From the NCBI RefSeq assembly GCF_009834535.1, contig NC_045711.1, forward strand, positions 47,306,001-47,370,000: DNA of 64,000 nt. Direction: 5' to 3'. A program made the translations under genes and the position numbers. The notes under the pieces are model-generated. The model saw only the letters and a program-made list of their open reading frames with translations. It did not search any database and was not told where the DNA came from. Source of the stretch: Camelus ferus (Eukaryota). Of the stretch, positions 24,426-39,470 are shown piece by piece; position 1 is the first letter of the stretch, and every line of letters starts with the position of its first letter.

Positions 24426-25629
24426 GTATTCAAGTACATGTTGTGCAGTGGGAGTTGTGAGTTGTGTGGCTGAAAATAATCCCTTCTCACTCAACTTGAG
24501 AACCACTGATCTAGTCCAATGCCTTCTTTTGCTATTGGGAAAACTGAGGCCCTCGCAGGTACAGTGACCTGGAAGAGACCAGCAGAGCCACAGTAGGGGC
24601 AGCAGGAAATGTTAGTCTGCAGAGTTCCAGGTAGTGGTCTTCTCTGCCTCCAGCCCAGCTTCCAGGTCAATCTTCTCTGCAAGTGGCTGTCCCCTTTCTG
24701 AAAGTGAAGCCCATCTCCCTGCAGACAGCATAGTCTTGGGAATCAGCCTTGTTTATGTAGAGGCAATCAGAAAATATCTCAGATTTCAGATGCTCCAATA
24801 GCCTTATCTGGCAGGTTACCCCTGGCCATCACCCAGCTCTCTTGCCTGCAGCCTGCCCCCTGGGGAAGCCTCAGCCTCTGCTTTCATTCCCTTTCCAGGG
24901 ATGACCACATGCTGGGATGCTGTGTCCAGGGCTCTGAGCAACAGCCTTGACTGGTTGGCATGGTGGATGTGGGAGAAATATTCTGCTGGGTCTCCCCTCC
25001 CCCCATTCGTGGAGGGCTCCCTAGAGCAAGAGTGTGATATGCATTTGCTTAAATGCTGGTTATGGGGATCTTCTTCATAGAGGAAAATGACCCGGAAAGC
25101 AGAACATTTGGGATCGGAGCCCACCTCCACACCGATCTGTTCCCCCTTGGCCAAGACTTCTCCTTTGCTGTTTCAGTTTCACTATACATACAGGTGGCAA
25201 ATCTTTGAACTAGAAATTTCCAAATTTCCTTTCAAAGCTAAATTCCAATGAGCTTGAGCACTGTGGGGCGGAATTGGGTTTTTGGGGTTCAGGTGGATTT
25301 TGTGCTTACGTGCCTTAAAAAAATGCATTAACTTTAATTATCCCTATACCTCCTGGCCTGTGAACATTCTTATAGATCTTATTTCTGAGGGGTTGGGGAG
25401 TGGGAGGTGGGAGATGGAGTAGGGGAGGGGTCGTGGGGGAGGGGCACCAGCCTGGAATTGAGCATTTGTTATTCAAACCAGGACACAAGTAGCTGAGGTT
25501 CTTCCTTAACCTCCAGATGCTCCAGCAGTCCCAGGTCATAAAAAATCAACCCTGGTTTTTCTTTCCTCCCTTTTCACGTGGGCTCCTTTACACCTCCAGT
25601 CCCGGCTCCTGACAGTGACTCCATTGGAG

Positions 25630-25862
25630 AAGCCCCGCGGATTCGCCACAGACTTTATCCGGCCTGAAAGCGGCGCCCGGGCAAGGCAGGCAGCCAGTAG
25701 GACTTGGAAGGTCGCTCCGCTCCAAGAAGTGGTGCTGGCGCGCGCCCTGGTGGAAAGTGGAGGAACTGCAGAAGCTCAGTTCCGGCTCCGCCCCCGGGGC
25801 CAAAGCCTTCCAGGTCACCTAGGAGCCTCCGCCCCTTGGGACGGACCTGACCCGAAGCCGAG
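25630..25862 (+). promoter_or_regulatory. SCRN2: SCRN2 CpG-island promoter and non-coding exon 1
   Basis: CpG-rich with GC boxes (ccgccc); donor GAG|GTAGTG at 25862/25863; the next acceptor cag|ATG abuts the start codon at 26255. Confidence 0.7.
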
Positions 25863-26185
25863 GTAGTGGCGCTCGGGATTAAGAGGGGCCCTTGGAGGGA
25901 GAGAGGGTGAGGGGCATACAGTACTGCGGAAGCGAGAAAGCATGGATGAAAGAGGGGCGTGGGACTCTTGGAGAGGGGTGAGGTAGCGAGGGAGACGAAG
26001 GATAGGGTCCTCGGAGCATGCGGTCGGCGCCTGCCTGCTGACTTCCTAGCCTAGAGTTTGGAGGGAGAGGGGGTGTCTCCGTTGCGCTCGCCGCGCATCC
26101 GGCATGCTTGCGGTGCTTAGAGTCCAAAACTCAACGGCAGTGTTTTCCCTGAGTATCTGCACGTGTTGGGAAAGGGGCTCCCTAG

Positions 26186-29301
<3,116 letters not shown>

Positions 29302-29431
29302 GCCTGGCTCCTCCCGGCCTGGAGTGGGGTGCAGGGGGCTGGAGTGGGCCCAAGGGCCCTGGGGTAGTGGGCCAGAGCAATCCCTTCATCCCCTCGGCCT
29401 TGTTCTGAGTGGCCAGGTCGGCCTTTGCCCT

Positions 29432-29437
29432 AATAAA
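29432..29437 (+). terminator. SCRN2: SCRN2 polyadenylation signal AATAAA
   Basis: AATAAA 130 nt after the stop codon. Confidence 0.75.
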
Positions 29438-29985
29438 CATGTTTTCCCTCCTTCATTGTCCAGGTCCAGTGGGTTGGGGGAGCCAAGAGAGGGCGAAGGG
29501 CAGCCCTGAGCTGGCTGTGGGCCACTGCGTGCTTTGCTGGGCAACACGTTCTTCTGACTTGGAGGTGGTCGGTGAAGGTCGCGAAGGGGCCTGTGAGGGG
29601 AGGTGGCCCCCAGGCGTAGGTTGTGTGTGCAAGAGCATGCCTGGCACACAGCAGGTGGCTGCTACATGGGGAGAATTAGAACCAAGAGTTTTTGGTTCTT
29701 GGCTTGAACCCAGGAAGGGCACTCCCTAGGGGTGGCGGTGAGATGCGCCCACCGCAAGGTGGCGTCCTCCATGAGGGGATGCCCGCCTCCTGCCCACTCA
29801 GGAGCTGGGAAGCCCGGTAGGGCCCGAGATGGGGTGCCAGTCCCTTGGGTAGTTCTTGAAAGATCCTGGTCTTTCTTTAGAACCAGTCTCTGTATTCCTG
29901 CCACTGTTTCCTGGTGCCTCTACTGACTGCTTCCCCTGAGATGCCCCCAAGTGACATGGAAGACCTCTGCAGGGCCTGGAGACAC

Positions 29986-29991
29986 TTTATT
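29986..29991 (-). terminator. LRRC46: LRRC46 polyadenylation signal AATAAA (minus strand)
   Basis: TTTATT on plus strand, about 105 nt past the TGA at 30096. Confidence 0.75.
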
Positions 29992-30095
29992 GGGGACAGG
30001 CTCCTGCCACAAGCGAGGGCTCTGAAGATGGGGGGCTATTCTACCCCTTGTTCCTCTGTGTTCCTTGGGCTTTGCTGATAGCAATGGGCTGCACT

Positions 30096-33000
30096 TCATT
30101 TCTTGATTCTTTTGGTTACAGTTTTAGTCATGCTGGGGGCCCCCCCAAGAGGGGCTTTAGGGGCTGAGGCTGCTCTGGCCCCCTTCCCTGCCTGCACAGT
30201 GCTTTGCTGGCCCCTGGAAACCAGAGGGCATGATTTCTTGGTGGCAGAAGAGGCTTGTGGCAAGGAGGCAGGCTCCGGGGATGTGTCCTTCCCTAGCTTG
30301 GGAGTGACTGAAGGACTGCTGTCCCCAGCCATGGGTGCCCTTGGCAGTGGGGGGAGGTCGGTGAGGGCGGGCTGTGTCTCCACCCTCAGAAGATGCTCGA
30401 GCAGGGCTGTCTGCTGCCTGCGCTCCCGGTGCCTTCTCATATCCTGCTCCAGCTCCTGGAGGAAGCCTATGAGGGGCAGGGATGGTGGGTGGTGGATGGA
30501 ACCCAAGGCTTATCGGGAACACCCCTGGGCTGAGGAGGAGGTCCCTGGCTGAGCACCTGAGCAAACTCTCCCTAAGGGGGAGGAGTGTGAGGCGGGACCA
30601 GGATGAGTTGCCTGCCTGCCCAGACTGCTCCTGGCCCTGGGACCACCTCCCCAGACACCACTGCCATCTTAGCTCCTCCCAGACCCCGCAGGGCAGGGGT
30701 GAACTCTGGGGAGGCTGCAAGCCTTGAAAGCAGGGTCACCTCGCTCTGAGCAGAACGGGCCACTCAGCTCCGGGAACTCCTCGTCCTCATCGCTTGAGGC
30801 TTTATCCTCCTCGTCCGAGGTCCAGCGCTCTAACACCGGCTGCCCATCCAGGTACAGGAGCAGGGGCAGGGCTTCTACCACCCGCTCCCTGTAGGGCAGA
30901 AAGAGCAGAGGCTACCTGGGTGGGCACCCCTGGGTGTGGAGCCTGGGAGCGCAGACACAAGCCACAGCAACCACACCAGGAGGGGTGCCGTTCTTGAGCT
31001 GGAAGCTGGGCCTGTGGTCAGGCCAAGGAGCTGGCTCCAGGTGGCGTTATGGGTGTGGGAGGGAAACAAGGGGTCCGACTTGAGCTGGGGTGAGGGAGGG
31101 AAAGATGCCAGGGACGGTGCCCCGAGGTTTGTGGGCCGAGAGGGAGCTCAGCCAATCAGCCCTTTCTTCCCACCTTCAATTCCTCCTCACCTGTAGCCAT
31201 CCTGGGCGGTGCAGCTGTTTCCAGTCAGGTTGAGGATGAGAAGGCTCTCGGGGAATTCATCTGCCCATAGCAAAGGGAGACCACTGCCCCTCTGCACAGC
31301 CCCCAGACCCCCTGGAGCATGTGCAAGCACAGGGAGAGGGGGGCAGAGAGGCGGGAGGGCCCCGCCTGGGACTTATTCCATGAGCCAGGGCAAAGGCTTC
31401 CTACCCAGCTTCAGTACTTCTATCAGGTTCTCCGAAAGGTCCAGAGACTGGAGGTGTGGGAGGTCGCGGAGGTTTTCCACCTGCCTGATTTGGTTTCCTG
31501 CCAGAGACAGGAAGCTGTAGGGGAAGGGAGGAGTGCAGAGACAGCCAAATCACAGAATAGCTGGAGGAAGGGAGGAGAGCACCAGGCGCCCAGGTCCCCT
31601 GGCTAGGCAGCTGGATGACGAGTGGGGACACAAGGCTTTTTGGGGTGATGGGCTAGGTTTGTGGGGGTCTTCTGCTGATAGGTAGTGGGCGTGGGGAGGT
31701 CTTGAGCCAGTTCTTTGCAGGTATTACCAGGTTTCCTCCCCTTCATTCTCCCTCTTCTCCTCATCCCTCACCCTGCCTGAGCCCTGGCACCACTTACCGC
31801 AAGGAGGGGATGCAGGCCAGGTTCTCAATTCGCTGGATCTTGTTCTGCAGGAAGAAGCCGAGGTGGGGAAACCAAGCTGAGGTCAGCTGTGTTGGGGGGC
31901 CCTTCAAAGGAACAAAGCCCCAAGACCCTGTCTACTCTTGATCTGGCCCTTTGGGAATGATCACCCCACTCCTTGAACTGGTAGTTACTACTTTGGGATG
32001 ATTTGCTTTCTCCAGGTGGGTGGATAAGGGTGTAAACCTGGGGCTGGCTAAACTTGGTTCAGGTGTGCCCTGCTCACCCCAAAACCAAAGAGTGACCCGG
32101 AAATCAGAAGAGGAAACCAAGGGCCACAGGGAAATCAAAAAGGCCTTGGTGGTGGATTGCACACAAGAAGGGAACAGCGAACATACACTACTTTGATCCG
32201 TAAAGTTTCTGTCGGGAAAGGTTCAGGGATCTGGGTATATTCAACCTGGGGGAGGCTGGAGATCACCTGCCCACCCCCACCCCCACCCCCACTGACAAAC
32301 AGCCTTCAAGGTTTTGATGGATGCAGAGGAAGCTTCTTGGTTCCCTCTTCCTTTTCTTCAAAACAGGAAATGGATTTTGAACTACGTAGCATGAGAGATT
32401 TAGAGTAGACTACAAGAAGGACTTCTTGAACAAGAGACATGTTCAACAAAAAATAGTGATTCAAGAACATGGTCAGGATCTCTTTTGGGAGGATTGGTCT
32501 TTCAATTCAGAAGGATTCCTGATTCATCTGAAAACAGTGAAGGTCTGCCTGCCTGAACACTAGGAAGTGGGCAAGATGACCTGGTTGGCTCTTTTCAGAT
32601 TATAGACAGACCTGGCCCACAAGGGATAGAGTCACCTCCACAGGGAGGAGGAAGGGCAGGAGGCAAGAATTTACCGCTTGCAGATAGAGGCTGTGAAGAT
32701 TCTGGAGGCCCTCTAGGTTCTTGATAGTGGTAATTCCCTCCCGATCCAGGCGGACAGTCTGCAGTTCAGCAAGCGTGTGAAACCTGGGCAAACAGTCAGC
32801 AGAGTGGTGTGACAGAGGGCCACTTTCTGTGGTGTCTTAGCAGGGAGATGGAGGGGATGGTGTCTTAAAGAGGGGTGGATGGCTCAGTGACTCTGATCAG
32901 ATGTCAGGGACACCTGCTTAACTCATGAGGTTGGGTCCAGGTTGTGAAACTGGGTTGACTTGGAGACCTGGGTCTCTGTCAGTAGCCCCAGGAGGGATCA

Positions 33001-34477
33001 GAGTGAGAAGGGAGTAAGGGCCCTTGGACTGGGAAACTGGGTGATGGCAGCTTATGGTTCCTGGAGAGAATCAGAGAGAGGGAGGAGAAGACTTCCTCAA
33101 GCCAGCTTGGGTGAGGGAGGCAACAAGTGAGACAGAGAGGAGACAATCTCTGCAGGAAGATCCTTCCTCACCTCCCTTCTCAGTGGTCCATGGAAGGGAA
33201 ATCACTTGTTCCTTCACCCATTCATTAATTTCACAACATTTACTGAGTGCTCACTAGAGAAAAATGACAGTCCTTGCCTATCACTATTAGGGAAGAAGCC
33301 CAACCATCTATGACAAATGGGTGTCAGAGGCAAGTGCAAGGGACTAAGGGCAGACATGGACTGTACACTGAGTTCAGACTAGGGGGAATCAGGGAGTACT
33401 TCCTGGAGGAGGTGACATGTGTAGGCACTAGCCAGGAAGGTGAGGTAGGATGAGGAGAAGGCATTTCAAGTAGAAGGCATAGTATGTATGAATCCAGCCC
33501 TTCTTGAACTTTAATGTGCCCATGAATACATTGGGGGGGAGGTTCTTGTTAAAATGCAGATTGATTCAGTAGGTGGGTCTGAGATTCTTCATTTCTAACA
33601 AGCTTCTACGTGTTGCTGCTGCTGCCCCCTTCTCCCCTGCCACCCCCGCCAGCACCACTCTGGGTAGTAAGGTGCCAAGGTGTGAGAACATGGGGTCTTA
33701 GGGGAATTGCACACTTGTGGAGAGTGGCAAGAAATAAAGCTAAAAAGGCAACAGAGGTCAACTCATGCTAAGGTGTTTGGATTTTATGCTGGGGGTACTA
33801 GGGAGCCAAGGAAGGTTCTGCCAGATTTGTCATTTAAAAGGATCACTTTCAAGGGCAGGGAGACTAAGGAGTCTGTTGAGAGGTGATGACATTTAAGACC
33901 CTTATTTAAAGCAACTGAGTGGTTGGGGGAGGGTATAGCTCAAGTGGTAGAGCGCATGCTTAGTATGCATGAGATTCTGGGTTCAATCCCCAGTGCCCCC
34001 TCTAAGAATAAATAAGTCAATCTAATTACCTCCCCCCACCAAAAAAAGAAAAAATAAATAAAACAACTGAGTGGGCATGGTGAAAAAGAAATAGAATGAT
34101 TTTTAAGGAGGGAGAATCAATTGGATATTGTTACTGACTGAATGTGTGGAGTAAGTAAAGAGAGGGACAAAGATAACTTGACAAATGAGTACAGCTCAGT
34201 GGACTGCTGACATCCTGTGTGTTTCATTCTTCCAGCATCCTTTCCTCCCCTGTGCACTCACATCTTCTCTGACAGACCCTCATCCTCAGGGAAGGCCAAG
34301 TTCCTCTTAGTGATAAGGGCTTCCGTAATGCACCTGCTGCCTTCCTCCGGACTCTGGGCAAGCTCAGCTGTGAAAAAATGAGTCAAATTGTTACATTTCC
34401 TCATTCTTGAAGGACAGACTCTACTGTCATCCAGCTGTTTCACCCACCATCCTACTTTCCTGCTCACCTCCAGGCAT
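30096..34477 (-). CDS. LRRC46: Leucine-rich repeat-containing protein 46, 323 aa, 8 coding exons
   Basis: Minus-strand exons 34477-34468 (ATGCCTGGAG), 34367-34262, 32783-32675, 31844-31798, 31514-31405, 31260-31191, 30888-30740, 30466-30096. All GT-AG, total 972 nt. LRRs (LQTVRLDREGITTIKNLEGLQNLHSLYLQANKIQRIENL...), LRR cap (GNSC...YRERVVEALPLLLYLDG), acidic patch and basic tail TKRIKK. Confidence 0.96.
33200..33480 (+). mobile_element. LINE-2 3' end fragment in LRRC46 intron
   Basis: cattcattaatttcacaacatttactgagtgctcact...cttcctggaggaggtgacat. Confidence 0.55.
33495..33670 (+). mobile_element. MER5A-like hAT element
   Basis: cttgttaaaatgcagattgattcagtaggtgggtctgagattcttcatttctaacaagctt. 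Confidence 0.7.
33923..34059 (+). mobile_element. tRNA-derived SINE (camelid Vic-1-like) in LRRC46 intron 2
   Basis: GGGGGAGGGTATAGCTCAAGTGGTAGAGC...GGGTTCAATCCCCAG...CTAATTACCTCCCCCC + A tail; TSD core CAACTGAGTGG at 33912-33922 and 34064-34074. Confidence 0.92.
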
Positions 34478-34699
34478 GATCTAAAAGCTGCTGGCCTGGG
34501 GCAGGATTGGAACAAACAGGAGCAGAGCAGCTTGGGCAGCTCCTGGGAATGGCGGAACCCAGGCCGGTATGAGGAGAAGCTCAGAAAATTGGAAGACAAA
34601 GGAAATGGGTTGGTTCAGAGCCAATTGTTGGGGGTAGGGTAGAAGACGAAAGTAAATTGAAATGGAGGGTCTGGAGTTTGAGGGGCGTAGAGGGGATTT

Positions 34700-34958
34700 G
34701 CTGGCCGCCTCCAGGGAGACTGTAGGTTGACAGTAGTGCCTGCGGTTGGGAAGAACGGTTAGAGTCTAACGTCGTTGCTAAGAGACCGGACGCCAAGTAG
34801 GAAACGGGGGAGGGGGGGCGGGCTCACTGATGCAGGACTCGGCGCATGCGGATTACTGCTCCAGCCAGCGGCCCCGCCCTCTGCTTCCGGTCCAGGGCTT
34901 CCCCACAATCCTTAGCTCCTTCCGTCTCGCTACGCTCCCGGCGGTTCTTCCGGTGGCG
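34700..34958. promoter_or_regulatory. Bidirectional CpG promoter shared by LRRC46 (-) and MRPL10 (+)
   Basis: Start codons are 481 bp apart, head to head. RFX X-box GTTGCTAAGAGAC 34774-34786, GC box near 34815, NRF1 GCGCATGCG 34842-34850, ETS/GABPA CTTCCGG at 34884-34890 and 34947-34953. Confidence 0.85.
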
Positions 34959-37900
34959 ATGGCTGCGACCGTGGCTGGGATGCTGCGAGGTGGTCTCCTG
35001 CCCCAGGCGGGTAAGGAGTGGCCCAGATCTTCACGGCGCGTTCCGGCCGGTGCTCTCTACTCGTCTCCCACCTCTATTAATCTCCCCTCCCGAGATCTCT
35101 GACCCCAGAAAGCTCCCGATAACCCCGACCCCAGCTAGATCACCGGCCTCCTTCCCCCATCTAATTCCCTGGGACTCCAGAATCTAGTAATAGCAACACA
35201 GCAGAAACGTCAGAGACAACCACAGTATTTATTCTCTAGGCCGCAGTCCCTCTGCCTTGTTTGGGGTTTCTCTAACCCATCACCCAGCTCTTTCTGCCTC
35301 CAGAGATTCCTTTGGTTGGACCACGCCCCGCCTTGACCTCGGTGCTATGTTCCCTTCTTAAGGTCTCAGCCTAAATGTCATCTCAGGCCTTACTTGGCCA
35401 CCTTCTGCAAAGCAGGTTTCCCCTGTTAAGTCTGTGTCTTGCACTCTGTTTATTGACCCCTTTGCCTCATCACAATCTTGTAATTTTGCATTTGTTTACT
35501 TGTTTCCTCAATTAAACTCCATTAAGGCACGACCATGTTCATTCAGCATAGCCAGCAAGTGGCATGGTGCCTGACATGAGTAGGTATGCTGTAGATATGT
35601 GGTTTTTTTGTTTTTGGTGGGTTTTTTTTTTGGAGTGAAAAGCCACATTAAATTTATTTAATGAACTCTGGAAATTTCATGTTTCATATATATGTCAGAG
35701 TTCCCCAATTACATTTTTTGTTCATATCTTTATTTATTTAAACTTTTTTTATTGAGTTATAGTCATTTTACAATGTTGTGTCAAGTTCCAGTGTAGAGCA
35801 CAATTTTTCAGTTATACATGAACATTCATATATTCATTGTCACATTTTTTCCGCTGTGAGCTACCACAGGATCTTGTATATATTTCCCTGTGCTGTACAG
35901 TATTGTTTATCTGTTGTACATAAGGCATGCTGTAGATAAGTGTTTAATGAATGATTTTGAGTATGTAATATAGGCCAGACACAGTAACAGAGACATGTAT
36001 TATTTTGTTTAAACCTTGAAAGCATCCTAAGAAGAAGGCATTATCTTCCCCTCCTTACAGGTGGAGAAATTCAAGTTTAGATCAGTTGAGTGACTGGTCA
36101 AGGTTATAGCTTGTGAGTGGCAGAAGAGAGATTAAAATCTGGATTCATGCATGTCAGTTATATCTCAATAAAACTAGAAAACATTTTGAAAAATGTGGTT
36201 CCATCCGATCTAAAGCTTTGTTTTTAAGAGTTAGGTTTTGTGGCCACTGGCAAAAAACCTCTCACCCCAGCAAATCTCCATGGTCTCTGACCGATAGAGC
36301 CACCTTCTGGCTGAACCTTTTCCTGAGATCCCATCCCAGTCTTGAGAAGGGCTGAAAGGGGGAAGCTGTAGTTTGGGTCCTTTTGTTGAGAATGAAGGGG
36401 TCACTTTGGCTTATGGCTTTCGAGTGGTTCCCTTGTCTTCTGAAAGGTGCTCTCCAGCAATGCCTGTAAACAAGAAGCATGGAGAGAGGGAGCTGTGAGG
36501 ACAGTGTAACTTGTCCCTCTTCAAATCATGGGAGAAGGAGCAATGCCTAGAGTGGTGGTTCTCAGACTTTAGCTGGCATCGGCATCACCTGGAGGGCTTG
36601 TTTCACACTATTAAAAATTGACACAACATTGTAAACTGACTATAACTCAATAAAATAAAATTTAAAAACACAAACAAACAAACAAACAAAAACACTATTA
36701 GCCAGCCTCCGATCATATTGGTTTGAGGGTGATGGTGGTACACACTTTGAAAACTACTGGTTCAAACCAGGGGTTGGCAAATTATGGCAGGGCTGGTCAC
36801 CATCTTTGATACATACAGTTATACTGGAACACAGCCACGTCTGTTTATTTACATATTGTCTGTGGCTGCTTCCATGATACAATGGCAGAGTTGAGTAGTA
36901 ATGACAGACCATGTGGCTCTTAAACTTAACATTTTTACTGTTTGGTCATTTAAGAAAAAGTTTGCTCAACTCTCTCCTCCTTTTAAAAATGTATTCAAAA
37001 TACTTTCTCCTTTGTTGTTCTCATTTTTCCCTCATCTCTGCATAAAAAAGTGCTGGAGAAATGGGAGCCTTCAAGGATCAAGCAACTGAGCTAAGGTTAC
37101 CCATTAAAGAGAAGAGAATATTTGGGAATTCAGGATTTCTAGCAGACAAATTCCTTGTCCCACTCAGTGCTGAGGCTAGCTCTGTGGGCTGTGGTTGTCT
37201 CTTCCCAGAGGATGGGATTTTTCCCTTTCCAGGGCAGACTAAGGTCTCCAAGAGACTGCATCTCACCATATTGTCGTTTCTCCTCCCAGGCCGGCTGCCC
37301 ACCCTCCAGACTGTCTGCTATGGCTCCAAGGCCGTTACCCGCCACCGTCGTGTGATGCACTTTGAACGGCAGAAGCTGATGGCTGTAACTGAATATATCC
37401 CCCCAAAACCTGCTGTCAACCCAAGATGCCTGCCACCCCCTCCCAGCCCCCCAAAGGAGGTAAGGAGGAGACTGGGCATGTCACCTAGTGGTGGGCTGGT
37501 GGATTAAAGTAAGCTTGTCCTTTGGCCATAATGAAGTAGCTCTCTAGGACATTGTCATCCACATGATTACTTTCCCACTTTGACTCTATAGTCCAGATAC
37601 TTTAACGTGAAATCTGCACCTGATTTTGCATTAGCCTTTTGGACTCTGGATTGGATGGGCCTCCTGGATTTTCTTCATTCTTGTCTCCAAAAATGTATGT
37701 GTGAAAACTATCCCTTCAGGTAGGGGTAGGGAAGACCTTTGCTCCTGTCTTGAAGTTTCCATGTTTTCTTAGAGGAACAATACTAGGTTTTTTGTCCTTG
37801 AAAAAGAACAGAAAGACCAGTGGAGAAATGGTAACTTTATGGTGGTTCTCAGGTCCACAAGTTCTCAACTTCAGGAAACAGTGTTGAAGTCTTATTTTGT

Positions 37901-39470
37901 GACATTGCCACAGTTTTGAATTAACACTGCGAAAGAATAATCTTGTATTTATGATTGGTAAAATAATTCAACATGAGTACAGTGTCAGAGGAATAATTAA
38001 AGTAATTTTGTGAACATTATTGTCAAAATAACGTTCATTGGGTCAGACTTATGTCCTGTTCAGGGGCACCGAGTGTTCTCAGGTTTGAAAACCACTGCTC
38101 TAAAGACTGCTATTAGCTAATGGAAATGAAAGCACAGAGTGGGAGACGGAACATGTCTCTGAGAGTCAGGGGTCCAACTATCCTGCCTGTACACGGATCT
38201 AGCCCACATTTGGGCATCACTGGAAGCTCCAGCACCCACCCCTGAGGGAGCTGGGTGCGAGGAGAAGAGGCAGCTTATATCCCCTTGATCATCCCTTCCT
38301 GACTTCAGGAGACGGGCCTTGTCCGGCTCCTCCGTCGGGAGATAGCAGCAGTTTTCCAAGACAACCGAATGATAGCTGTCTGCCAGAATGTGGCTCTGAG
38401 TGCAGAGGACAAGCTTCTCATACGGCACCAGCTGCGGAAACACAGGATCTTGATGAAGATCTTCCCCAACCAGGTAGGGAGCAGCCCTTGGGTGTGGGTT
38501 GCCCGTATTTCCCTGTCCCCGCCCACTCAGACCCCAGCATCTCCATAGATATCACACTCCCGACTCCTCCCCTCCACGGCAACCCTCTAGTCCGGTGCCT
38601 AAACTGCAGTTAAGGGCTGAGGAGACCCTTGGGTTGCGCCGTCAGCCTGTTGTGGCCCATGACCAAGGTGGGCGGCTCCTCCTCCCATTTATCTCCAATA
38701 AGCCCTTCTTTCCTGCCATTCCAGATCCTGAAGCCCTTCCTGGAAGATTCCAAGTACCAAAACCTGCTGCCCCTTTTTGTGGGGCACAACTTGCTGCTGG
38801 TCAGTGAGGAGCCCAAGGTTAAGGAGATGGTGCGAATCTTGAAGGGTGTGCCTCTCCTGCCACTGCTAGGTGAGCAGGCACCCCTGCCGGCTAGGGGTGA
38901 GCATGAAGACAAGTGGGCAGGAATCTGTGTTTACAGTATCTTCCCCACTAACACACGTATACTCCAGGATTCTTCAAGAAAGTTTAGGAAACAGTGACTT
39001 AGTGGGAGTTGGGCCAGACTTATTATGTAAGGGAAGGAGGGGAGGGGATTGATCCCAAATAGTGGGAGTGGGGCAGGGCACAAGTGGGAATCAGATTTGG
39101 CAGAAGGCCGGGAGGTGGAGCAGGGCAGTGGAGAGCAAATGCCTAGGGTTGAACCATTGTTTTCGGAGAAGAAAAGCATTTGTGGGACCCTAGCTGATCC
39201 CATGTTCTTCCAGGTGGCTGCATTGATGACACCATCCTCAGCAGGCAGGGCTTCATCAACTACTCCAAGCTTCCCAGCCTGGCCGTGGCACAGGGGGAGC
39301 TGGTAGGAGGACTCACCCTCCTCGCGGCCCAGACCCACTCCCTGCTTCAACACCAGCCCCTCCAGCTGACTGCCCTGCTGGATCAGTACGTCAGACAGCA
39401 GCACGAGGGGGACTCCATCGGGCCAGCCAGTGAGCAGCCGAATCCTCCTGACCCAGTTCCAGACTCATAG
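34959..39470 (+). CDS. MRPL10: Mitochondrial ribosomal protein uL10m, 262 aa, 5 exons
   Basis: Exons 34959-35010, 37290-37459, 38309-38473, 38725-38869, 39214-39470, total 789 nt. [24 protein letters not shown]...[18 protein letters not shown]...LPLFVGHN...[13 protein letters not shown]. Confidence 0.97.
35729..35915 (-). mobile_element. 5'-truncated LINE-1 3' end in MRPL10 intron 1
   Basis: ttttttattgagttatagtcatttacaatgttgtgtcaag...gtatatatttccctgtgctgtacagta, typical of Laurasiatherian L1 3'UTRs. Confidence 0.8.
36614..36691 (+). mobile_element. Ultra-short L1 3' end with (CAAA)n tail inserted into a MER5-like element
   Basis: ttgacacaacattgtaaactgactataactcaataaaa + A-rich tail; TSD ACACTATTA at 36605-36613 and 36692-36700. 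Confidence 0.8.
36768..36972 (+). mobile_element. MER58-like hAT-Charlie element
   Basis: caggggttggcaaattatgg...ggaacacagccac...gtggctgcttcc...aagaaaaagtttgct matches the MER58 pattern. Confidence 0.75.
37840..38097. mobile_element. Non-autonomous hAT-like DNA transposon remnant
   Basis: Ends ggtggttctcagg ... gtttgaaaaccactg resemble Charlie/MER5-type terminal inverted repeats; AT-rich interior. Confidence 0.5.

Noticed and set aside
30103-30552. 149-aa plus-strand ORF opposite the last LRRC46 exon
   Set aside because: Reverse-frame shadow of a real coding exon.
33925-33995. Possible tRNA gene
   Set aside because: The tRNA-like head continues into a SINE body, A tail and TSD, and two related copies occur elsewhere in the window.
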